Shown piece by piece: positions 39,224-52,571 of a DNA stretch of 64,000 nucleotides; the stretch's first letter is position 1; every line of letters starts with the position of its first letter. Location: the NCBI RefSeq assembly GCF_009914755.1, contig NC_060937.1; one strand, 5' to 3'. This stretch comes from the human T2T-CHM13v2.0 reference genome, Homo sapiens. The position numbers were made by a program, and so were the translations under genes. Under the pieces are notes generated by a model, which saw only the letters and a program-made list of their open reading frames with translations, had not been told where the DNA came from and searched no databases.

Positions 39224-40689
39224 GATCATTCTGTTGATAGCTTCTTTTTCGGTGCAGAAGCTCTTTAGTTTAATTAGGTCCCATTTGTCAATTTTTGCTT
39301 TGTTGCAATTTATTTTGGCATCTTCATCATGAAATCTTTGCCAGGTCCTATGTCCAGAATGGTATTTCCTAGGTTATGGTCCAGGGTTTTTCCAGGGATA
39401 GATTTAGGGTTTACATATAAGTTTTTAATCCATCTTAATTTTTTTTTGTATACAGTGTAATAAAGCAGTCCAGTTTCAGTCTTCTGCATATGAACAGCGA
39501 GTTATTCCAGCACCATTTTTTGAATAGACAACTTTTTCCCTATTGCTTGTTTTTATCAACTTTGTTGAAGATCTGATGGTTGCAGGTGTGTAGCATCATT
39601 TCTGGGCTCTCCATTGTGTTCTATTGATCTATGTGTCTCTTTTTGTACCAGTGTCATGCAGTTTTGGTTACTGTAGTCCTGAAGTACAGTTTGAAGTCAG
39701 GTAAAGTTATGCCTCCACTTTTGTTCTTTTTGCTTAGGATTGTCTTGGCTATTTGGACTCTTTTTGTAGTTGTTTTTCCATATGAATTTTAAAATAATTT
39801 TTTTCTAATTCTGTGAAGAATGTCATTGGTAGTTTCATAGGAATAGCATTGAATCTGTAAGTTGCTTTGGGCAGAATGGCCGTTTTCCCAATGTTGATTC
39901 TTCCTATCCATGAGCATGGAATGTTTTCCCATTTGTGTCATCTCTCATTTCTTTGAACAATATTTTGTATTTCTCATTGTAGAGATCTTTCACCTGCCTG
40001 GTTTGTTGTATTCCTAGGTATTTTATAATTTTCATGGCTATTGTGAATTTGATTGCATTCTTGATTTGGCTCACAGCTTAGATGTTGTTGGCGAATAGGG
40101 ATGCTACTGATTTTTGTAAATTGATTTTGTATTCTAAAACTTTACTGAAGTAGTTTATCAGATCAAGGAGTTTTGAGTATAACTAATGGGGTTTTCTAGG
40201 TAATTACCTAATTTTTGATCTGCCTTCTCCTCTAAGTGATTATTCTAATGCTGTAAAAAAAATTGTAAAAATCAAATTTTCTTAAATTATTGACAGAGAA
40301 GTTAAAAACAATACCAAGAAATTTTCAATGTTCAGTCTGTTTATATTGTCAAATTTTTCAAAACAGACATATATTAAATAATTATATATTGTACATATTA
40401 GTGGTCTACATTATATTGTATTCACTGCAAAATGCTCAACCAAATTTAAAAAATACTGGAAACCTCTGGTATAGAGTAAAAAGAAAGCTTGTTTGCAAAC
40501 AGAGCCTAAATGATTATTCTAATGCTGTAAAAAAAATTACAAAAATCAAGATTTTCATTATTAAAGTGATAGAAAATGAAGAAAGGCCTCTCTATAATAT
40601 TGCTTTGCTATTGGGCATATTCAGTATTTATTGTTTCCTGCACCATCAAAATATTTCAAAGTGATATTCAAAAGTATAGCATTTACTAT

Positions 40690-42140
<1,451 letters not shown>

Positions 42141-42159
42141 TTGTTCTTTCTGTACCTGG

Positions 42160-42348
42160 TGTGGACTACAAACTGGTTTAGACAATAGCCTTACAGAGAC
42201 TGCTTAACCAACTCACAGAATTGTGCAAGCCAATTATTGGTAACAAATCTGTACCCACATACATACAAACATACATACACACAACACAGAAATACACAAA
42301 CACTCTCCCACAGATTTTACTTTTCTAATTGTACCTTGACTGATATAC
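42160..42348 (+). mobile_element. Old MLT2-like ERVL LTR 3' end
   Basis: AATTGTGCAAGCCAATT...AAATCT, CA-rich tract, CCTTGACTGATATA. Confidence 0.5.
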
Positions 42349-42542
42349 TTTGAAAGCTGAAGCCTTTTATCCAATGTGCTAAATAGTTTTACTTATAATT
42401 TTCTACTGATTTTGAACAAAATGCAACCAAAATTTAGATACATTTTCACAAAAGAGTTTAGATCATCACAATACATATAGATATAATTACAAAATATTTT
42501 TCAAAGACAAGCTTATTTCTAAAAACTAATTAATAATAAACA

Positions 42543-44750
42543 AATAGTGCTGCAATAAACATACATGTGCATGTGTCTTTCTGGTAGAATGATTTATAAT
42601 CCTTTGGGTATATGCCCAGTAACGGGTCAAATGGTATTTCTGGTTCTAGATCCTTGAGGAATCGCCACACTGTCTTCCACAATGGTTGAACTAATTTACA
42701 CTCCCACCAACAGTGTAAAATTGTTCCTATTTCTCCACAGCCTCCCCAGCAGCTGTTGTTTCCTGACTTTTTAATAATTGCCATTCTAACTGGCATGAGA
42801 TGGTATTTCACTGTGGTTTTGATTGGGATTTCTCTAATGACCAGTGACGATGAGCTTTTTTTCATATGTTTGTTGGCCACATAAATGTTTTCTTTTGAGA
42901 AATGTCTGTTGATATCCTTTGCCCACTTTTTGATGGGGTTGTTTTTTCCTTGTAAATTTGTTTAAGTTCCTTGTAGATTCTGGATATTAGACTTTTGTGA
43001 GATGGGTAGATTGCAGAAATGTTCTCCCCTTCTGTAGGTTGCCTGTTCACTCTGATGATAGTTTCTTTTGCTGTGCAGAAGCTCTTTAGTTTGATTAGAT
43101 CCCATTTGTCAATATTGGTTTTTGTTGCAATTGCTTTTGTTGTTTTAGTCATAAAGTCTTTGCCCATGCCTATGTCCTGAATGTTATTGCCTAGGTTTTC
43201 TTCTAGGGTCTTAATGGTTTTGGGTTTTACATTTAAGTCTGTAATACATCATGAGTTAATTTTTGTATACGGTGTAAGGAAGGGGTCCAGTTTCTGTTTT
43301 CTGCATGTGGCTAGCCAGTTTTCCCAGCACCATTTATTAAATAAAGAATCCTTTCCCCATTGCTTGTTTTTGTCAGGTTTGTCAAGGATCAGATGGCTGT
43401 AAATGTATGGTGTTACTTTTGAGGACTCTGTTCTGCTCCATTGGTCTATACATCTGTTTTGGTACCAGTACGATGATGTTTTCGTTACTGTAGCTTTGTA
43501 GTACAGTTTGAAGTCAGTAGTGTGATGCTTCCAGCTTTGTTCTTCTTGCTTAGAACTGTCTTGGCTATACGGGCTCTTTCCTTGGTTCCTTATGAAATTT
43601 AAAGTAGTTTTTTCTAATTCTGTGAAGGAAGTCAATGGTAGCTTGGTGGGAATAGCATTGAATCTACAAATTATTTTGGGCAGTATGGCCATTTTTACAA
43701 TATTGATTCTTTCTATCCATAAGCATGGAATGTCTTTCCATTTGTTTGTGTCTGCTCTGATTTCCGTGAGCAGTGGTTTGTAGTTCTCCTTGAAGAAGTA
43801 CTTCACGTCCCTTGTAGGTTGTATTCCTAGGCATTTTATTTTCTTTGTAGCAATTGTGAATGAGAATTAACTCTTGATTTGGCTCTCTGCTTGTCTATTG
43901 TTGGTGTATAGAAATGCTTGTGATTTTTGCACATTGATTTTGTATCCTGAGACTTTCCTGAAGTTGCTTATCAGCTTAAGGAGGTTTTGGGCTGAGACAA
44001 TGGGGCTTTCTAAATATAAAATCATGTTATCTGCAAACAGAGAAAATTTTACTTCTTCTCTTCCTATCTGAATACTCTTTATTTCTTTCTTTTGCCTGAT
44101 TGCCCTGGCCAGAACTTCCAATACTATTTTGAATAGGAGTGGTGAGTGAGGGCATCCTTGTCTTTTGCTGGTTTTCAAAGGGCATATTTCCAGCTTTTGC
44201 CCATTTAGTATGATATTGGCTATGGGTTTTTCATAAATAGCTCTTATTATTTTGAGATATGTTCCCTCAATACCTAGTTTATTGAGAGTTTTTAGCATGA
44301 AGACTTGGAACCAACCCACATGCCCTTCAATGATAGACTGGATAAAGAAAACATGGCACATATACATCATGGAATACTATGCAGTCATAAAAAAGAATGA
44401 GTTCATGTCCTTTGGAGGGATATGGATGAAGCTGGAAGACATCATTCTCAGCAAATTAACACAGGAACAGAAAACCAAACACCACATGTACTCACTCATA
44501 TTTGGGAGTTGAACAGTGAGAACAGATGGACACAGGGAGAGGAACATCACACACTGGGGCCTCTCGGGGGCTGGGAGGCAAGGCAAAGGAGAGCATTAGG
44601 ACAAACAGCTAATGCATGAGGGGCTTAAAAGCTAAATGATGGGTTGATGGGTGGAGCAAACCACCATGGCACATGTATACCTATGTAACAAACCTGCATT
44701 CTGCACATGTATCCCAAACTCAAAGTAAAATTTTAAAAAAGGAAAAAAAA
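42543..44750 (+). mobile_element. L1PA (PA7/8-like) with 5' inversion: 42543-44302 antisense, 44300-44750 sense with poly(A)
   Basis: Minus-strand ORF2 peptides (ORFs 42530-44370) abut plus-strand [16 protein letters not shown] and 3'UTR. Confidence 0.95.
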
Positions 44751-44929
44751 TAAATTAATTAAATAATTTTTAAGGGCAATTGCATACTAGCCTACTTAAG
44801 TATTGCTTTGTTTTTAACATTAGACTTATTGCAAACAATTTTGTAGTTCAGTTTCTCCCCTACAGAAAGCATGTGTGCTCCTCCACAGACAGAACATGGA
44901 TATCAGCAACTGTCTCTATTCTGCTGAAT

Positions 44930-46590
44930 TGTAAGAAGGTGAGCAACCATGAACAATTAAGAAAATTGCCCCAGAAGAAAATAAAAGGGAGATTCCCAGA
45001 ATCTGAACTAGCTTTTCAAGACCAAGAAAAGGCACATAATCTTAAGACTTGCCCACCAAGAGGGAACCAGAGGAGCAGAGTGAGGATATCCAGCAATTGC
45101 ATGAAAGATCCCCACAGTCTCTAGTTGGGTTAATTAGGGTAAGCCATTCTCTCCCAAATATAAAACCACCAAGGGAACAAAATAAAGCTCCAATGGATGA
45201 CCTCTCAAAAATGAAGATATATAAATGAAAAGATAAGTTTAAAATAATTGTCTTAAAGAAACTCAGTGAACTAAAAGAGAACTCAGATAAATAGCTAAAC
45301 AAAATTAAGAAAACAGTACATGGAAAAACACAAAAAGATTGACAAAGATATAGAAACCATAGAAAACAACAAAACAGAAATATTAAAGCTGAAGAATACA
45401 ATGGCTGAAATAAAAAATTCCATAAAGAGATTCAACAGCAGATTCAGTTAAGCAGAAGAAAGAACCACCAAACATGAAAATGAATCATTTTTAATTATGT
45501 AGTTAGGGGGGAAAAAACAAGAAACAAAAGGAATAAAAAGAAAAAGGAAAGCCTGTAAGACAAATGAGATACCACACTGACATGGTGGCTCACGCCTATA
45601 ATCCCAAGGCTTTGGGAGGCCAACATGAAAGGATTGTTTGAGGCCAGGCGTTTAAGACCAGGCTGGGCAATATAGTGATACCCCATCTCTACAAAAAATT
45701 TAAAAAGGTAAAAAAAATTAACTACGCAAGGTGATGCTTGCTGTAGTGCCAGCTACTTGGGAGGCTGAGGTAGAAGAATTGCTTGAGCCTAGGCATTAAA
45801 GCCTGCAGTGAGCTGTAATCACACTATTCACTGAGCAACAGAGACCCTGTCTCAAAAAAAAAATTATGGGACACCATCAAGTGAATTAATTTATGTGTTA
45901 TGAGAGTCAAGAAGGAGCAAAGAGACAGAAAGGGACTTAATGCTATTTAAAGAAATAATGTAAGAAAAATTCCCAAATCTGAGGAGGAAAATGAACATCT
46001 AGAGTTACAAAGTCCAAAGAACTACCAATAAATTGAACACGAAGTCTTTATCAAAACATATGATAACTAAGTAACCAAACGTCAATGACAAAGAGAGAAT
46101 TTTGAAATCACAAGAGAACATCCGTAGGACTATTGGAAGATTTCCCAGTAGAAACCTTGAATGACAGAAGACAGTGGGATGATATATTAAGAGTGCTGAA
46201 AGAAGAAAGTAACCAACCAAAAATATTTTTTCTGGCAAAGCTGTCCTTCAGAAATAAAGCAGAGAAAAATACTTTCCCAGATAAGCAAAACATGAGAGTT
46301 CATTACAACTGAACTTTCTTATAAAAAATTATAAGCGAGTTCTTCAAGTTGAAATAAATGGATGCTAATTAGCACAATGAGCATATAAACTATTAAAAAA
46401 ATCACTGGCAAATGTAAGTATATGGTTAAATTTAGAATAATCTAATACCGTAATTGTAGTGCATAAATCACTTTTTACTATAGTATGAATAACTATAGCT
46501 GCAATAAATTGTTAAGAAAAAACTATAGCTGCAATAAATTGTTAAATAAGCTGCGATGTAAATAACAAAAATGCCGATTGGAAAAGAAGT
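44930..46590 (+). mobile_element. Old L1M ORF1 region
   Basis: A-rich coiled-coil-like segment, GAAAAATTCCCAAATCTG and AATACTTTCCCAGATAAGCAAAA motifs. Confidence 0.75.
45574..45862 (+). mobile_element. AluJ with internal deletion
   Basis: GGATTGTTTGAGGCCAGG and GAGACCCTGTCTC diagnostics; degenerate TSD ATG(A/G)GA(T/C)ACCA. Confidence 0.9.
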
Positions 46591-46621
46591 AAAGGTATAG
46601 ATCTTACAGAAAAATAAGAAG

Positions 46622-46840
46622 TGCAGTTATAAACTAAGATTACAATAATACTGGTTCTTAATTTGCCAATGAATTTACATTTAACAGAGATCTTTATATG
46701 ATCATATGGCTTTCAGTTACCGTCTAGTGTCCTTTTATTTGAACCTGAAGAATTCCCTTTAACTTTTCTTGTAGGGTAGGTGTAGTGGTGATGAAGTGGC
46801 CTTGTTTTTGTTTATCTGGGAATACCCTAATTTCTTCCAC
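46622..46840 (-). mobile_element. L1M ORF1-end fragment, antisense
   Basis: Reverse complement TATTCCCAGATAAACAAAAAC...AAGGGAATTCTTCAGGTTCAAATAAAAGGACACTAGAC. Confidence 0.75.
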
Positions 46841-47654
46841 ATAATTTTAAACTCACAATGCACAGCTAAAATATTACAGATAATATATACAAAAAAGAAT
46901 TAGAGAAGAATAAGTAAGCAGATATTAAATTGACCTAGAAAAAAATAGATTATCAAAAGCTCAATAAAATTAGATATATTAGGAAAATCTTACAATAAAA
47001 AGCAAATATTTCATAAAAAAGCAACATTAAGAATAAAAGAGATCCCATAGCCCTGTGTCCTTCAGCAGCCAATCTTGCAGGGGAAGGCACATGCATATTG
47101 CCTGATGCCTGGTCTGTTTCTCTCTCACACTATTTTTTTTTAATGCCTTGAGGCTCACATACTGGGAGTAGTGAGCAACCTTTGCAAGTTCTAAGAAAAC
47201 AGAAACACTTAAACAAATGATATGATCAGGATCTCATATTTCACCTGAATATTCAAGGTAAGATGCTTCAAGACATCAGCTGTGTGAAATAGAAATTTCC
47301 ATGATAAACTTTCCATCCACTTAATAGCCTTCTCCCAGAACTATTTATTAATCTTTAGTTACTTACCAACAGCTACCAAAAAAATCACTTGATGAATGAT
47401 TACAGTTTCTACATTAGCTGTAATATCTGTAAAGGAGAGCAGATTAAGCCAACTATGGTATCAGAATACCATTATACCATCCCCCTCATTGAAAACAGTG
47501 CATTGACTAATGCCTAAAGACAAATGTCAGACTAATCATATGTGTCAATTCATGGTCTTTTTCTATTCCCTTCTGTCACAGCTAATGAAACTTGCATATA
47601 TTCCCATATATTTTTCATTTATCAATGGATTCATCATGATTTTCTAAAAACTCC

Positions 47655-48200
47655 TGGTGAAGATACCTAGTTCCCTACCCAAAACAAATTCCCATTTTCT
47701 TCCTTAGTAGCAGAACTCTAATTGTATTCAGGTAGCAGTGTAAACAACTTTCAAAAAGTGTTTCTAGCCTGCCTTACAGATTGATTTGGCCATATTAAAA
47801 TTAAAAAAAACTTGCCAACATACTTTAAAAACAGGCGTTGTATAGGAATCTTGGAAACGCTCCTTAGAAAGGGGGTGGAGAGTTCATATATATATATATT
47901 TTTTTTATTTTTTATTTATTTTTTATTTTTTTACCCTTCCCATGATTATTTTTTGCTTTCCTGATTAGAATAAAGAAATATCAAGGCAATTTTGAGAACA
48001 GAAACCCAGGCTAGGGAGACTGACGCACAAACAGAGTAGGACATTTGTCCATGGTAAACAAGGAGCTGTTTTACCAAATCTGAAATGCCTACGCTGGATT
48101 TTTTTATGTTTCATGAGGAAAAAGTAAGTTAATATATTTTACGTTCCTATTTTTTGAGATTGTTGTTACTAGACATCAAATGCAATTCTTTTAAGATACA
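47655..48200 (+). mobile_element. Old ERVL LTR (LTR33-like)
   Basis: CCCTACCC...TTCTTCCTTAGTAGCAGAACTCTAATTGTATTCAGG start; TGTTACT...AAGATACA end. Confidence 0.55.
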
Positions 48201-48502
48201 TAAACTTTTTATTAGAAAATCAACTTTAATTTTAGAATACGTATTTTTAAAAATTCAGAAACTATTTTCTCCCTTTCTAAAATGGATTTTCTCTGATTGT
48301 TCACCTGCAAACACATTTTTAAATTATTTCAGGCCCTGCCAGAATATTTTATGAAATATAAAGATGATTTATCTCCTCTAAGCCACATTTATGATCACGT
48401 TCTCTGCCTAGCTATTTTCAACTTACAGGATTTACTACTGTAAATTGATGATTTTTGTGTGAGAGAATTTAGAGTATGTAAATTGTTATCTAGTTTGTAT
48501 AG

Positions 48503-48869
<367 letters not shown>

Positions 48870-49682
48870 TAAATTATTTTCTTAATACTTTAATGTCAAA
48901 AAAGTTACCTACAGAAGCACCCTTAGAGTGTCACCAATATTATATTTATAATAAATATGTATTTTATATATAATAAACGTATATTTCATACACACACACA
49001 CACAGCCCATCATAATCACTGTCCCTGTAAAGAATAAAAATTTTGGTAAAAATCATGAAATAATAATATCTAATCATAGCTTATTCACCTCCAATCATTA
49101 CTAAATTTGAACCAAACAAATTTAATTAGCTACCTACACACCTCAATTTAAAAATGACACTTAAGGGAAAATGTGGAAGAAAAATAGCATTTGAGTCTAT
49201 CTCCTTCCAGTGTTTATTATCTTGTATAATAAAGTACTGAGGGAAATTCATAGGTGAATTAATTTACCCATGATTTTCCAGGATCTAGCTGACAAACATT
49301 TCCACTTGAAATTTATCTAATGATCTCACCAATCCAAATCGAACTTGCCATCTTCTCCAAACTAGCTCATCTCCCATTTCCAGTCTCTGTATATTACTGT
49401 TTTCAAATGTCCAGTCTGTAACATAATATAATATCACCTTTCTTTGTTACCTAAATCAGGTTTATCCATCATGTGTAACTGTTTTTTCATATCTATCACT
49501 TATATTCATTTTCTTTACTACCACACCAGTTTCTGGTCCCAGTCACTGTTCTATAAGAATTTAACATTACTGGCTTTTTGTCATATTACCTGACCTAGAA
49601 TTTAAAATGTCTCTCTACTTCATAAAGAACAAATTCCTCTAGCTTAAAGGGGCTCCATAATCTTTACCATGAAATTTGTCAT

Positions 49683-50481
49683 TGTTTTGGGAGCCTTAGC
49701 TAAACTGGGGTTCCAGTCCCAGAGCAGCTAGCAACCCTGCCTCAACAGGAAATGAAGGGGAGGCTAGACCAGGGTGTTTACTGTACAACTTTCACAGAAT
49801 ACTTCTTTTACCTGGCTAACAGCCTAATACTAGTTGTCAGATTCACACCAAAGCAAGCCCCTCACAGGAAACTTGTTTATAATGGCAGACACTGTTGCAG
49901 GTCCTGTCAGACCTGTGTCCAGTTTATGCCTGCCTGTCCATTGCTCTCATGCTGGGAGCTCAAACTTGTGTTCCCCCTCACCGACCCATGTCCTAGGTAA
50001 AACCTAGCCTGGGGCAGCCCCTAGTTCTTCTGGTGGAAGTCACAATTTCGATACACCACCATAATAGGGAAAAAGCAAATTGATTTTTGCTTGTAGATAC
50101 TGAGCAAGAGAGGTGAAATTATTTGAGAGGAAAGGCCTTCATCCTGGGACACATGCAGGAATAACGAGTCAGGAAGAGAGAGAAAGCACATGGCGACTAG
50201 CAATATGTACAAGGGAATAGCATGTGGATAACTTCAAGTTCATGGGCAAATGACTAAATGGTCCCTTTAAAGGAAGGAGCTGAAAAGCTGGGAGCCCAGC
50301 CTGCTAGACAGGAGAGTTGCTTCTAAATTCTAACCTCCGGTCACTGGCTTGAGCCATCTGGGTGTGATGTAGAACTGGAAACTATGTCAAGGATGACTGA
50401 ACCCTGCTTCTGGCATGAGAAAATTAAACTTGTATTCAAAATAGTTGCTGAGACAACATAAAATTATAAGAATTCACTACA
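49683..50481 (-). mobile_element. Solo ERVL LTR (MER54-like) inserted in an L2 remnant
   Basis: TG...CA termini; perfect 5-bp TSD GTCAT; reverse complement starts TGTAGTGAATTCTTATAATTTTATGTTG. Confidence 0.82.
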
Positions 50482-50964
50482 GTCATCACCTGCAAGCATA
50501 CACTATCTGTTGTAATCAGGTAGTGACGTCTCTGAAACTTTCACGTGACTTATTTTAATCCCAAAAAGTGTATGTTACTGTAAATTGTGGTTTATAGCCT
50601 TATATGCCCCTTCTTGGGTCTGCCTTTCTCTGATGTTCAAAGATCTGATGCTCTCAGATCTTTGTGTTTTCTTAAATTTTTCTTATTCCCTAGGCATATT
50701 TTTAAAATACTCATCTTTCTGTTTTCAGCCCTTCCTCACTGCTTCTAATCAGTTATCTAATTTGGTAGATTATGAGAGATAAGTGGTTTTATAGCACTTA
50801 ATGGAATTTATTCTGTGTGTTTTGTGGGTGAGCTTCTCATTTAGAGACTCAATTCCTATTTTGTTGTTTTGCTACGCTGTTTGGTTGCCTGTTTGGAAGC
50901 TATCAGATGTATGAACACTTATTTAGAAATGGCATAATCAATAAGATGAAAAATTATATTATTT

Positions 50965-51245
50965 ATCAATAGGAATAATAATAATATTAAATTTATGAAG
51001 ATTACCACCACATTAAGTGGTGGTAATATTCCCAAGGACCCTTAATAATATCTAATGTAATCTTCACAGTAATGTTTGAAAATTAGTATTATAACACTTT
51101 ACATAATACTTCTGTAAACATAGATTTACAAATAGAAAATTAAAATTGAGAGGTTATTGCTTGCCCTAGGTAACCTACTCTGGAAATGGCAGTGCAGAAA
51201 TGTATACTCAAATGTATTCAACCTGAAAGCCCACTTTATTTCTAT
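50965..51245 (-). mobile_element. MIR
   Basis: TAATCTTCACAGTAA...TTTACAAATAGAAAATT...GAGAGGTTA.TGCTTGCCCTAGGTAAC. Confidence 0.65.
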
Positions 51246-52132
51246 AATGAAACCTCAAATTTTTATCAGCAGTGAGGGAAAATGAGAGACATTGTTTGAA
51301 AGTCAGGTTGAAGAAGTGTTTTCTCATATCACTATGGTAGCACAGTAACTTAAAATCCTGGAAAAGAGGACCATGAGACACTCTATTTTTAACATAACAA
51401 ATAGAGCGAAAGGAAGTATTAGTCTTCTCTGCACCAGGAATTTAAAGGAGCTGAAGTTTTTCAATTTCTTCCTCTCACTTCTGGAAGCAATAGCAGAGCA
51501 TAATAAGCAGGTGCTGTGGATATGACGACAACTAATTTGAAGAGTAGAAATGTCTCATTTGTTTCAAACGTAATAATCCACAAAATTTTTTAAGTTTTGG
51601 TGGACTATTTATAAATATGATGAAAATAGGATTTGTGCATAATTTAATTTGTTTTGTGGCTGACAGACACAGGTTTCTTGCACTTACAGTGAATAACAAA
51701 TTAACAGGATAACCCTTAAGCAATTAACCCAGTAAAAATACAAGGATTAATCAATCCTTTCCATTACTGATAGCCTTGTTTGTTAAAAAAAAGTACTGAG
51801 TGATCCCACTTATATGCGGAACCTAAAAAAGCCTAACTCATAGGTCTACCAGGGTTTGGGGGTGGGAGAGAGAGGAAAATATTGGTCAAAGGGTACAAAC
51901 ATTCAGTTATAAGAGGGATGAGTTCTGGAGACCTAATGTACGGCATGGTGACTATAGTTATATTAACATAATGTATAGGAAGTATAGTTGATTTGTGGAA
52001 ATGGTTGCTTTTTTTTAACTTTTATTTTTCATTTATTGACTGTGTCTCACATAAGTGGAGCAAAACAAAAAAAGACTTCAGTGGGACAAACTCTTCTTAA
52101 ATTTCTCCTTTACAATCTTATTCCCTTACCTA

Positions 52133-52417
52133 TTTTTTTTTTTTTTTTTGGAGCAGTTTCACTCTTGTTGCCTAGGCTGGAGTGCAATGGCGCGATCTTG
52201 GCTCGCTGCAACCTCCATCTCCCAGGTAATCCCAGCCTCCTGAGTAGCTGGGATTACAGGCAACTGCCATCACGCCCAGCTAATTTTTTTGTATTTTTAG
52301 TAGAGACGGGGTTTCACCATGTTGGCCAGGTTGGTCTTGAATTCCTGACCTCAAGTGATCCACCCGCCTCGGCCCCCCAAAATGCTAGGATTACAGGTGT
52401 GAGCCGCTGCGCCAGGC
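52133..52417 (-). mobile_element. AluS with small internal deletion
   Basis: TSD TCCCTTACCTA at 52122-52132 and 52418-52428. Confidence 0.95.
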
Positions 52418-52497
52418 TCCCTTACCTAATTTTTACCCTTTAATTTGCACTGAAGAAACCTTCAGTTTTCTTACTGCCCCCCTCACCCCGTCTCCCC

Positions 52498-52522
52498 CGC
52501 GTGCACATGCGCGCGCGCGCAT

Positions 52523-52567
<45 letters not shown>
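52498..52567. repeat. (CG)n/(CA)n alternating purine-pyrimidine microsatellite
   Basis: Direct reading. Confidence 0.95.

Positions 52568-52571
<4 letters not shown>

Larger units (their letters stand above)
37690..40200 (-). mobile_element. 5'-truncated L1PA (PA13-like), interrupted by Alu and MER30
   Basis: ORF 37870-38373 is the L1 ORF2 C-terminus (HCW..CKL.QPLWK); continuous antisense ORF2; degenerate TSD TGATTATTTAACTTTT/TAATTACCTAATTTTT. Confidence 0.93.

Noticed and set aside
51001-51027. Perfect hairpin ATTACCACCAC-ATTAA-GTGGTGGTAAT
   Set aside because: 11-bp stem inside a MIR; too short for a pre-miRNA and plausibly chance or quasi-palindrome correction
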